NCBI GenBank assembly: GCA_964013895.1
Contig: CAXGYF010000002.1
Span: 35,316 to 99,315, forward strand
DNA length: 64,000 bases
Reading direction: 5' to 3'
DNA from: an uncultured Acidimicrobiaceae bacterium
Lineage (GTDB): Bacteria; Actinomycetota; Acidimicrobiia; Acidimicrobiales; MedAcidi-G1
The notes under the pieces were generated by a model. That model had not been told where the DNA came from. It was given only the letters and a program-made list of their open reading frames with translations, and did no database searches. Positions within the stretch are counted from its first letter, which is position 1. The number at the start of each line of letters is the position of its first letter. The position numbers and the translations under genes are program-made. Of this stretch, positions 47,177-55,931 are shown piece by piece.

Positions 47177-48813
47177 TAGCCTTCTCCGTCTTCAATAATT
47201 TCATCACGCCACATCTCTTCAGGAGCGCTAACACCAAGTAGGTCCATTCCTATCTCAAGTCCAATTAGCACACCTCTCATTAACAGAAAACGGGCTTGTG
47301 CTAGAGATGGTTCTACATCATCACCAAGAATACGACAATCATGGTAGAAGCCGTGTAGATCTGCGGCGAATTCCCGCAACCAAGTGGTTATTTGATGCGG
47401 GGCCAGTTCACGGCCAGCTCTCTCAACTACATCTGGTAACTCATGTAGAGATCGAATTAAAACTAGTTCGCGACTGTGCTGTAGTTGCGATAAGTCAACT
47501 TCAGAAAGAGGCAACGGTATAAAACCAATTTGATCAGCTTTTTTCATCATTGAACGGATTCGTGCGTATGCATATTGAACGTAAAAAATCGGATTTTCAT
47601 TCACTCTTTTTGAAACTAAATCCAAATCAAATGTTTGAGTCGTGTCGATAGATTGAAGTAGATAAGTAAAACGTGCAGCATCAGGACCCACTTCCTTAAC
47701 TACTTCAGAAAGTTCAACGATTTCACCTGTTCTTTTTGAAAGTTTTACTTCTTTTCCGGAACGTTGAAGATTCACCATTTGAGTCACTTCTACTTCTAGC
47801 CTTTCAGGTTCGTACCCTAAGGATTCGATAGCTGCTTTCATACGCGTTATATAACCGTGATGATCAGCACCCCAAACATTGATTAGACGTTCGGCTCTAA
47901 CCAACTTGTCAAGATGATATGCAACATCAGGCAATAGATAGGTGTACTCGCCATCTGATTTGACTAATACTCGGTCTTTGTCGTCACCATATTCTGTGCT
48001 TTTTAACCAAATAGCTCCATCTTTTTCATAAGAAGCATTGACTTTCTCGAGCATAGAGAGGGTCTGTTCAATTGAACCCGACTCAACCATCGAGGTTTCA
48101 CTAAACCATGAATCGAATTCTATGTTCAGATCACTAAGAACTTCTTTATGAGCAGATAGGGCTCGCTGCATACCCCAGCTAAGAGGGTCTGTATCGACAG
48201 GTATCTCGGTAGCCCATTCCTTTATGTAACCTCCGTGATATCCACCCTCAGGAATGTCCTTGCCTGAAGCGCAAGCCTCTAGAGAAGCGGCAAATAGATT
48301 CATCTGTGTGCCTCGGTCATTAACGTAAAACTCTCTAGCTACGGAATAGCCTGACCTTTCTAAGATTCTGGCAATAGAGTCCCCGTAACACGCACCTCTT
48401 CCGTGTCCGGCATGTAAGGGTCCCGTTGGGTTTGCACTGACAAACTCAACGATGACTGTACTATTAGCTCCTTCTTCCGACCGTGCCCAATCTCGTGAAC
48501 CAGCATTTACTGCTTCCAATAAGACGTCGTAAAGCCAAGTTTTGTTTAAATAAAAATTTATAAATCCGGGTCCAGCTACCTCTAATCTAGACACATGCTC
48601 GGATGCGAATCCTTCTAGGGTGCTTACCAACTGAGTGGCTAAATCTCGTGGATTGGATCCTGCCTTTTTCGCTAAAACCAAGCCGACATTGGTCGACCAA
48701 TCCCCGTGTTCAATATTTGCAGGTCTTTCTAAATGAATCTCAGTCGACGATTCAAGACCCAAAATAGACAGCGCTTCTCTTATCAGATTCTTAAGACTTT
48801 CGCGAACGTCCAT
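47176..48813 (-). CDS. argS: Arginine--tRNA ligase
   Basis: HGDWSTN, GPGFIN, EFVSANPTGPLHAGHGRG, YVQYAYAR and GVSAPEEM. Confidence 0.97.
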   Translation of the reverse strand: MDVRESLKNLIREALSILGLESSTEIHLERPANIEHGDWSTNVGLVLAKKAGSNPRDLATQLVSTLEGFASEHVSRLEVAGPGFINFYLNKTWLYDVLLEAVNAGSRDWARSEEGANSTVIVEFVSANPTGPLHAGHGRGACYGDSIARILERSGYSVAREFYVNDRGTQMNLFAASLEACASGKDIPEGGYHGGYIKEWATEIPVDTDPLSWGMQRALSAHKEVLSDLNIEFDSWFSETSMVESGSIEQTLSMLEKVNASYEKDGAIWLKSTEYGDDKDRVLVKSDGEYTYLLPDVAYHLDKLVRAERLINVWGADHHGYITRMKAAIESLGYEPERLEVEVTQMVNLQRSGKEVKLSKRTGEIVELSEVVKEVGPDAARFTYLLQSIDTTQTFDLDLVSKRVNENPIFYVQYAYARIRSMMKKADQIGFIPLPLSEVDLSQLQHSRELVLIRSLHELPDVVERAGRELAPHQITTWLREFAADLHGFYHDCRILGDDVEPSLAQARFLLMRGVLIGLEIGMDLLGVSAPEEMWRDEIIEDGEG

Positions 48814-48918
48814 GCTTCACCCCGGTAGATTTTATAACACCTTTCGGGCGTTATGGGTCCTCCAAGATATTACCGGACATATCGATGTCTAATGAAAGAC
48901 TTTTATTAAAGAACTTCG

Positions 48919-48940
48919 ATTAGTTAAAGCTTTAACTAAT
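48919..48940. terminator. Perfect 22-bp palindrome after the small hypothetical gene (terminator hairpin or operator)
   Basis: ATTAGTTAAAGCTTTAACTAAT is its own reverse complement; 17 bp past the stop of 48958..49254. Confidence 0.4.
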
Positions 48941-48957
48941 ACAGCCAAAAAGTTATT

Positions 48958-49254
48958 TCAGGCTCTTGACCCTTCAAAGGTCGCCGTTCCAAAAGCACCA
49001 AGCTTGGCTTCACCACTAATCTGATCACCATCAATGGTTGCCGTGGCATCGATTGTTATAGGCATTGGTTGTGTCATGTTCACTGTCCAAGAAAGATTGT
49101 CTCCATCTACAGTGCCATTTTCCAGTTCCATACTGCCTTGTGGTCCTGACATAGTACCTGTAAGGGCATTTCCATCAGAAGTAAGCTCAAGAGTTCCTGC
49201 TTGGGCTCCCATTGGGCTATTAAGAGTTACATTCCATGTACCGTCAGCACTCAC
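48958..49254 (-). CDS. Small beta-rich hypothetical protein
   Basis: GGAGG SD then GTG 49254; DGTWNVTLNSPMGAQAGTLELTSDG...GAFG. Confidence 0.75.
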   Translation of the reverse strand: MSADGTWNVTLNSPMGAQAGTLELTSDGNALTGTMSGPQGSMELENGTVDGDNLSWTVNMTQPMPITIDATATIDGDQISGEAKLGAFGTATFEGSRA

Positions 49255-49357
49255 TTTTTTCCTCCATTGATTGTTGTCGCTACTCGGATAAACGTAGATC
49301 AAAAACTTTCAATTGTCCCATACGGGATCAACTTTTAATTGATTGAAAATTCTCTAG

Positions 49358-50263
49358 TTAACTCTCTAAGACTGTTTCTTTTTCTTTGCTCTGGGAACTC
49401 ACATCATCTCTTGTCACGACTATCAAAGCAGCTATAACAATTACCCCTCCTACTATCTGCACGAGCGAGACACTCTGATCTAGGAAAATCCAAGCTCCTC
49501 CCGCAGAAAACACTGGAATAGCTAACATAAGTAAACCTGTGAGACTCAAAGAAACGTGCAAATGAGCCCAATTCATTAAAAAATGGCCACTTCCAGGTAT
49601 TGCTAACAAAACTAATATCCAAAGAAATTCATTTCCGGTAAGAGCCGGAAAACCCGAAGTTGAACTTCGGAAGATAATTAGAAAAGGTAGCAGACCTATA
49701 GAACCTATGAGCATGGCCAACGTCTGAAGGGTAAAGGTATCTATTCTCGAACGAACTGATTTAACAGCAACGAAATAACCTGAAAATAAAATCATCGCCA
49801 ATAAGGCAAGCAAGTCGCCTACCGGACTCCATGAAATATCATTACTTGACCCTAAAACAACTACAGCCACACCGCCTGTAGCGAAAATAGAAATTCCGAT
49901 CAGCCTCTTAGTAATAATTTCTCCAAACTTTCCACCGGCCACAAATATCAAAACGATTGTTTGCAAGGCACCTATAATTGTTGCATTTGCAACGGTTGTG
50001 ATACTAAGAGCCGAAAAGAAGACCACTATTTCAGAACAAAATAAAACTGCAACAGGAAATGCGATTTTTATTTGCTCCCATGTAACTCTTTTCCCCATCG
50101 CAAAAAAGACCACGCCATAAACAGCTACTCCCAAAGATTGGCGCCAAAATGCAATTTCAATACCTGATAAACCGAGGCGAGCGACAATAATATTTCCGGT
50201 CGACCAACAAACGACTGCAGCCACAGCTGCAAAGCGTCCTAAGTGGGACAAATTCAAATTCAT
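49358..50263 (-). CDS. EamA/DMT family transporter
   Basis: Ten TM helices in two repeats; GDLLALLAM..FSGY; start moved to ATG 50263. Confidence 0.88.
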   Translation of the reverse strand: MNLNLSHLGRFAAVAAVVCWSTGNIIVARLGLSGIEIAFWRQSLGVAVYGVVFFAMGKRVTWEQIKIAFPVAVLFCSEIVVFFSALSITTVANATIIGALQTIVLIFVAGGKFGEIITKRLIGISIFATGGVAVVVLGSSNDISWSPVGDLLALLAMILFSGYFVAVKSVRSRIDTFTLQTLAMLIGSIGLLPFLIIFRSSTSGFPALTGNEFLWILVLLAIPGSGHFLMNWAHLHVSLSLTGLLMLAIPVFSAGGAWIFLDQSVSLVQIVGGVIVIAALIVVTRDDVSSQSKEKETVLES

Positions 50264-50324
50264 TTGAATATTCTCATTACTGAACAATAGGGTAAATCTT
50301 TTACCCACTTGGAACTATAGATAT

Positions 50325-50379
50325 TTTCTAAAATGTTTAAACAAAAGTTAGAAAACAGTTTGCGAAAAGTTAATTCGCC
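50325..50379 (+). promoter_or_regulatory. Candidate PHO-box-like 11-bp direct repeats upstream of phnD
   Basis: TTTCTAAAATG TTTAAACAAAA GTTAGAAAACA GTTTGCGAAAA GTTAATTCGCC; GTT at 50347, 50358 and 50369. Confidence 0.4.
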
Positions 50380-50472
50380 GAAAGATGTATTTTTCTAATT
50401 TATTTACTAATGTTGATTTATATTTAGCCACACAAAATTTGTGGCATCTAAAATTCAAAATTGGAGATTTGA

Positions 50473-51531
50473 ATGAAAATCATTAAAAGAGTTGCTGTAG
50501 TTTTAGCACTATCACTTTTAGTCGCATCTTGCGGAAGTGAAGAATCCGGGCAATCCAGCGGAGAGGAATGGCCAGACAAAATTGTCTTTGGTTTTGTTCC
50601 AAGTCAAGAACAAGAAGCTCTACAAGATGACATCCAGCCAATGATGGATCATCTCACCGAAAAACTAGGAATTAAAGTAGAGGGTGTTGTAACTACTGAC
50701 TTCGTCGGTCTGGGAACAGCTATGGGAACAGGCCAAGCAGATCTTGGTGCTTTCGGACCTGCTGGTTTCGTTATGGCTCAACAAAAGTTCGGGAATATGA
50801 GTGTTATGGCCCAAGCTATTCGCTATGGAGCGCCTACATATCATGGTCAATGGATGACAAATGATTCCAGCATCTGCAATGCTGGCACGTTGAAATCTGG
50901 AACAGCTCTGATAAATGGGTCAGATGGTATGGAGCAAGTCAGTGCAATAGATGCTGTTGCCTTGCAAGTAGGTGTTTATTTCGGAGATTCTGGTAAAGCA
51001 CTTGGAGAAACTGTTGATGCAGGAACAGTCTCGCCAGGAATGTCATGTATGGCAGACATAAGTAATGTGATCGGAAAGACTGTCGCATTCACAAACGAAA
51101 GCTCAACTTCTGGGTATCAGTACCCAACTTTGCAACTTCGGAATGCAGGGATAGCAGACGATCAGTACGAGAAAGTTTTCGCGGGTGGACATGACGGTGC
51201 CGTGGCTGCCGTTTACAACGGTGATGCAGACTTTGGTGTTGCCTATGATGACGCTCGACGAACAATGAGAAAAACTAATCCAGACGTAGGGGACAAAGTA
51301 ATTATTTTTAACTTGACTGCGGAAATTCCTAACGACGTCGTGGCTGTAAGAACCGACTTGCCTGACAGTTTGAAAGGTGCCATCTATTACAATATGGACG
51401 CATACCTTAAAACTGAAGAAGGCGAAGCAGTTTCTGACGAAGTGTTTGGCTGGACTGATATGCAAGTAGCTAAAGACTCCGACTTTGATGTCGTTCGTGA
51501 AGCAAATGAAAAACTAGGAATCAACGACTAA
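50473..51531 (+). CDS. phnD: Phosphate/phosphite/phosphonate ABC substrate-binding lipoprotein
   Basis: Lipobox LVASC; FGFVP, STSGY, GGHD and IPND motifs. Confidence 0.9.
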   Translation: MKIIKRVAVVLALSLLVASCGSEESGQSSGEEWPDKIVFGFVPSQEQEALQDDIQPMMDHLTEKLGIKVEGVVTTDFVGLGTAMGTGQADLGAFGPAGFVMAQQKFGNMSVMAQAIRYGAPTYHGQWMTNDSSICNAGTLKSGTALINGSDGMEQVSAIDAVALQVGVYFGDSGKALGETVDAGTVSPGMSCMADISNVIGKTVAFTNESSTSGYQYPTLQLRNAGIADDQYEKVFAGGHDGAVAAVYNGDADFGVAYDDARRTMRKTNPDVGDKVIIFNLTAEIPNDVVAVRTDLPDSLKGAIYYNMDAYLKTEEGEAVSDEVFGWTDMQVAKDSDFDVVREANEKLGIND

Positions 51532-51571
51532 TACTTGAGTCTCAGATTCTCTAATAATTTAGGAAAAGCGC

Positions 51572-52372
51572 GTGATAAAAATCGAACGTGTCTCAGTCAC
51601 CTACCCCGGTGGAGTTGAGGCTCTGCGAAACGTAGACATTGAGATTGATGATGGAGAGTTCGTAGTCATAGTTGGGCTATCCGGAGCAGGCAAATCAACA
51701 CTGCTTCGGGTGCTCAACGGACTCGTTCCTGCAACCTCAGGTTCGATACTTGTTGACGGAACTGAAGTGGTGAATGCTAACTCTCAAACGCTAAGACAGG
51801 TTCGTTCCAAAACAGGAATGATTTTTCAAACATTCAATCTTGTTAACAGAACGACGGTTTTGAATAACGTGCTTATGGGTCGCCTTGCTAATGTCCCTTC
51901 GTGGCGATCGACTTTAGGTTTATGGCCGGCCGAAGATAAAGAAGCGGCAATGCTTTCCTTGGAAAGAGTCGGCATCGTAGACAAAACCTATGTCCGCGCT
52001 TCGAACCTTTCGGGAGGGCAACAGCAACGGGTAGGAATTGCTAGAGCATTGGCTCAGGAGCCTTCTCTTATGCTCGCAGATGAACCTGTTGCTGCACTCG
52101 ATCCGGTAACAAGTCGTCAAGTAATGGGCGACTTACAAAAAATTAATCGCGAATTAGGGATCACCACTCTCGTGAATCTTCATTTTTTGGACTTAGCCAA
52201 AGAGTATGGCAAGCGACTGATTGGTTTACGTGATGGCGTATTAGTTTACGACGGCGATATAGGTGACGTGACTGACGAAACTTTCCGTGAAATTTATGGA
52301 AGAGCTATTACCTCGGAAGATCTTCACGCTATGAATGAAGAACCGCAACAAAGTATCGGCAATGGTAAATGA
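51572..52372 (+). CDS. phnC: Phosphonate-type ABC ATPase
   Basis: GLSGAGKS, FQTFNLV, LSGGQQQRVGIARAL, DEPVAALDP and NLH. Confidence 0.93.
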   Translation: MIKIERVSVTYPGGVEALRNVDIEIDDGEFVVIVGLSGAGKSTLLRVLNGLVPATSGSILVDGTEVVNANSQTLRQVRSKTGMIFQTFNLVNRTTVLNNVLMGRLANVPSWRSTLGLWPAEDKEAAMLSLERVGIVDKTYVRASNLSGGQQQRVGIARALAQEPSLMLADEPVAALDPVTSRQVMGDLQKINRELGITTLVNLHFLDLAKEYGKRLIGLRDGVLVYDGDIGDVTDETFREIYGRAITSEDLHAMNEEPQQSIGNGK

Positions 52373-53169
52373 ATGACTATACAAATACTTCTGAGAGGCC
52401 AGTAAAACCGAAACCTCGAGCACGCTCGTTTTTTATAGCATTAATGCTTTTAGCTTTAACTTCTTGGGCAGCGATTAAGGTTTCTTTTGATATTTCTACT
52501 TTTTGGGAGGTTTGGACTAATCCTATATGGAGCATGTTCTGGCCTATTCCTTGGGATTGGGTTTTTACAAAGGAGAACACTTTTGATCCGTTAATTGAAA
52601 CTCTACAAATTGCCATAACATCAACACTCGTAGGTTGCTTATTGGCTCTTCCCATTAGTTTCGCGATGTCATCTCTTACGACACCTAATAAAGTTGTCTA
52701 CTTTATAAGTAAAACTGTTATGAACTTGGTGCGTGCTGTGCCAGATCTTTTCTGGGCGAAATTACTTGTAACAGCAATAGGAATTGGAGCTTTTGCTGGA
52801 GCTTGGTCGCTTACAATTTTTTCTTTAGCTGTAATGGTCAAGCTATTTAGCGAAACGGTGGATGCGGCTGACCCGAGACCTCTTGAGGCTGCCCGCTCTT
52901 CAGGAGCTCGACATCTACCTGCCGTAAAAGCGGGTGTACTTCCAACTGTTTTCCCTTCCTACGTGGCTTATTCCCTTTATATTTTTGAACTTAATATCAG
53001 GGCATCAGTTGTACTTGGTCTAGTTGGAGCCGGTGGCGTAGGCAGAGTCATTGAAACTCAACGCCAGTTCTTCCGCTTTGACCGCATATTGGGATTGCTA
53101 ATAATTATTTTTGGAATCGTATGGGTGATAGAACAAGTTAGTGTCTCGTTAAGAAAGAGACTCGTTTAA
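52369..53169 (+). CDS. phnE: Phosphonate-type ABC permease 1
   Basis: RAVPDL, KLFSETVD and FELNIRASVVLGLVGAGGVG. Confidence 0.92.
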   Translation: MNDYTNTSERPVKPKPRARSFFIALMLLALTSWAAIKVSFDISTFWEVWTNPIWSMFWPIPWDWVFTKENTFDPLIETLQIAITSTLVGCLLALPISFAMSSLTTPNKVVYFISKTVMNLVRAVPDLFWAKLLVTAIGIGAFAGAWSLTIFSLAVMVKLFSETVDAADPRPLEAARSSGARHLPAVKAGVLPTVFPSYVAYSLYIFELNIRASVVLGLVGAGGVGRVIETQRQFFRFDRILGLLIIIFGIVWVIEQVSVSLRKRLV

Positions 53170-54047
53170 TGGAAACTCTTTCGGATACATCTACCCCCGC
53201 TAAAAGGCCTCCTGCGCCAAAAACTATTCACCGTTGGTTTATTGCAATCCCGTTTTTGGTTGCAATTGTTTGGTCTCTAATTGGACTGAACGTAACTCTT
53301 TCACGCTTACTTGATGCACCCGGTGACGCCTGGTCAATTTTAAGGCAAATGGCTCCGCCAGCTTTCGGTGAAGTGTATGAACGTGGTGCGGTAGGGAAAA
53401 TTTTCGAATCAGTTTACATAGCTTGGATTGGAACAATCATCGGAGCTTTTGTGTCGCTTCCCTTAGCCTTCTTAGCTGCCCATAATGTTGCTCCAATATG
53501 GATCAGATCTCCTGTCCGTCAGTTATTTAATGCAATCAGAGCGGTACCCGAATTAATCCTTGCCGTTATTCTCATACCAGTTACAGGCTTAGGCGCTTGG
53601 GCAGGAACTCTCGCTATTGGCTTACACTCAATCGGTACTTTGGGCAAATGGGCTTGTGAGTCAATTGAAGACATAGACGAAGGACCCATAGAGGCAACGA
53701 AAGCGTGCGGTGGTAAATGGGTTAGTGGGATGCGGTGGGGAGTTCTTCCTCAAGTAATGCCAGTAATAAGTTCTTACTGGTTATTCAGATTTGAAATCAA
53801 TGTAAGAGCATCCGCTGTTCTAGGGATGATCGGGGCAGGAGGAGTTGGCTCAGAGTTAGTTTCCCAACTTTCATTTAGAAACTTTCCCGCAGCAAGTGCT
53901 GTTTTACTGATGACAATGGCGGTGGTGCTGACAATAGATACTGTTTCTGCTGCTGTAAGGCGCAGAATAATAAAGGGGGCAGTCACCACCGATGAGGATT
54001 CTCGCACTCTTGCGGCCATAACAGATCTGACCGGCATCAGGGGCTAA
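53169..54047 (+). CDS. phnE: Phosphonate-type ABC permease 2
   Basis: RAVPELI, HSIGTLGK and RFEINVRASAVLGMIGAGGVG. Confidence 0.92.
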   Translation: METLSDTSTPAKRPPAPKTIHRWFIAIPFLVAIVWSLIGLNVTLSRLLDAPGDAWSILRQMAPPAFGEVYERGAVGKIFESVYIAWIGTIIGAFVSLPLAFLAAHNVAPIWIRSPVRQLFNAIRAVPELILAVILIPVTGLGAWAGTLAIGLHSIGTLGKWACESIEDIDEGPIEATKACGGKWVSGMRWGVLPQVMPVISSYWLFRFEINVRASAVLGMIGAGGVGSELVSQLSFRNFPAASAVLLMTMAVVLTIDTVSAAVRRRIIKGAVTTDEDSRTLAAITDLTGIRG

Positions 54048-54090
54048 TAAACAAACCACCACTTTTTTAACTGACTGCTTTAACCTTTCA

Positions 54091-55041
54091 ATGATGGAAG
54101 AGTACGTCATTGGCATTGATATTGGTGGCACATTAGCCAGAGCAGTGGTCCTTGAGTCGACCACTTTTGAAATAAAAGATCAACTGACAAAAGCGAGCAG
54201 CGACGATGGTCAAGAGCTAGTCCAAATCATAAAATCTCTTTTTAGGAAACTCGAAGATAATACAAAGCAATCTTTCGCTTCACTAGGTTTAGGGATAGCT
54301 GGATTGGCGCATAAGTCAGGAATAGTCAGATACTCACCAAACCTTCCTAGCCTTGTCGAATTTCCTATCGCCGATGAAATCAAGAAAGAGCTTGGAATTC
54401 CAGTTGTTATGGGAAACGACGCAACCGTCGGAACGATTGCAGAATGGGAAATAGGTGCGGGAAAAGGCAGCGAAAACTTTGCCCTAGTGACACTAGGGAC
54501 CGGAATCGGAACAGGCTTCGTTGTAAATGGGCATCTACTTCTTGGAAGCAACGGTTTCGCCGGCGAAGCCGGGCATATGACAATAGATGTTAACGGTCCG
54601 GTGCATTTAACAGGTCAAAAAGGGCCCTGGGAATACTTTGCTTCCGGCAATGCCTTAAACCGCATTGTTCAAAACGAGGCATCAGACGGGAACTACCCTT
54701 GGGCCGTAAATAAGGCTGGCAACTGGGAAAATGTTACCAGTGAGCATTTGTCATCTGGTGTACAAGATCTCGAACCAGACTCTTTAAGAATTTTGGACAA
54801 CTTCTGTCTAGAGATTAGCAAAGGTCTAATAAATCTAGTTTTACTTTTAGATTTGGACAGAGTTGTACTAGGTGGTGGAGTTTGCGAAATCGGAGAACCA
54901 CTGAGACACGGGGTTGAAAAATGGATTGAAGAAACTCTTATTGGCAGTGCGCACCGTCCAAAAATTGAAGTAAAACTAGCAAAACTAGGTTCAAATGCTG
55001 GAGCTATTGGAGCAGCTATATCTACAACAAATTATTTTTAA
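54091..55041 (+). CDS. ROK family sugar kinase (glucokinase-like), lacking the Cys Zn motif
   Basis: IDIGGT, GNDA, LGTGIG, GEAGH and LGGGV; no N-terminal HTH. Confidence 0.88.
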   Translation: MMEEYVIGIDIGGTLARAVVLESTTFEIKDQLTKASSDDGQELVQIIKSLFRKLEDNTKQSFASLGLGIAGLAHKSGIVRYSPNLPSLVEFPIADEIKKELGIPVVMGNDATVGTIAEWEIGAGKGSENFALVTLGTGIGTGFVVNGHLLLGSNGFAGEAGHMTIDVNGPVHLTGQKGPWEYFASGNALNRIVQNEASDGNYPWAVNKAGNWENVTSEHLSSGVQDLEPDSLRILDNFCLEISKGLINLVLLLDLDRVVLGGGVCEIGEPLRHGVEKWIEETLIGSAHRPKIEVKLAKLGSNAGAIGAAISTTNYF

Positions 55042-55736
55042 CTACCACCTAGCTCTTCGTTAAACATGTCTAGAACTTTACCCCATGCAACATCAGCAAT
55101 CTCAGCGTTGTAAGTACCAAGAGGGTTTTCCTCATTAGCAAAAGCATGACCTGTTTGAGGGTAAATATTAAAAGTCACGTCTTTACCCATTCCCATAAGC
55201 TTATTTTCTAGTTCAGTAACAGAGTCAGGAGGAAAAAAATCATCAACACTTGCAAAATGACCTTCAACACGGGCTTTAAGATTTGTCCAGTCAGGTTCAC
55301 TGTCTCCTAGAGGAGCTCCGTAAAAAGGAGCCACAGCAGCGATTCGCTCACCTTCTGAAGCTCCAATTAAAAGACTCAGCATTCCTCCCATACAAAACCC
55401 AACCACTCCTACAGATTCACCCTCAACGTTAGAATTTTTTAATAGATAATCAATAGCACCAGACATATCCCGAACAGCTCTATCGGGCGGCAGAGTGCTC
55501 ATAAGCTCTCCGGCCTTATCCATTTCAGAGTGTTGAGCTAACTCACCGTGATACAAATCTGGAGCTAACGCCACGAACCCGTTTTCTGCTAGTCGGTCAC
55601 AGACAGACTTGATTTGAGGTGCTAATCCCCACCATTCTTGAATAACCATTACGCCTGGGCCTGATCCTTCAGGTGTAGCTAAGTAACCGCGAGCTGCAGC
55701 ATCACCTGCTTCAAAATCAACCATTTCACCGACCAT
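55038..55736 (-). CDS. Dienelactone hydrolase family
   Basis: IQEWWGL, GFCMGG and GHAF; GGAGG SD before ATG 55736; the track's longer ORF runs across the tRNA. Confidence 0.9.
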   Translation of the reverse strand: MVGEMVDFEAGDAAARGYLATPEGSGPGVMVIQEWWGLAPQIKSVCDRLAENGFVALAPDLYHGELAQHSEMDKAGELMSTLPPDRAVRDMSGAIDYLLKNSNVEGESVGVVGFCMGGMLSLLIGASEGERIAAVAPFYGAPLGDSEPDWTNLKARVEGHFASVDDFFPPDSVTELENKLMGMGKDVTFNIYPQTGHAFANEENPLGTYNAEIADVAWGKVLDMFNEELGGS

Positions 55737-55859
55737 GTTCACTCCTCCAATAGAAATAATTCCGTCACTTTTTACAAACCTTATGGAAAACAATATAAGG
55801 AAATGTTGTTGACTGATGCGTCCAGCAAAAAGAGGACGTAACCTTCCTTTTGTGACCAA

Positions 55860-55931
55860 GCCCCTGTAGCTCAGCGGATAGAGCATCGGCTTCCGGAGCC
55901 GTGTGCGCAGGTTCGATTCCTGCCAGGGGCG
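55860..55931 (+). tRNA. tRNA-Arg(CCG)
   Basis: Acceptor GCCCCTG/CAGGGGC, D-arm GCTC/GAGC, anticodon loop TTCCGGA, T-arm GCAGG-TTCGATT-CCTGC; CCA not encoded. Confidence 0.96.

Noticed and set aside
50473-54047. Calling the operon a phosphite (ptxABC) transporter
   Set aside because: No ptxD nearby, two permeases, and the binding protein has a PhnD-like IPND rather than the aromatic cap I expect in PtxB
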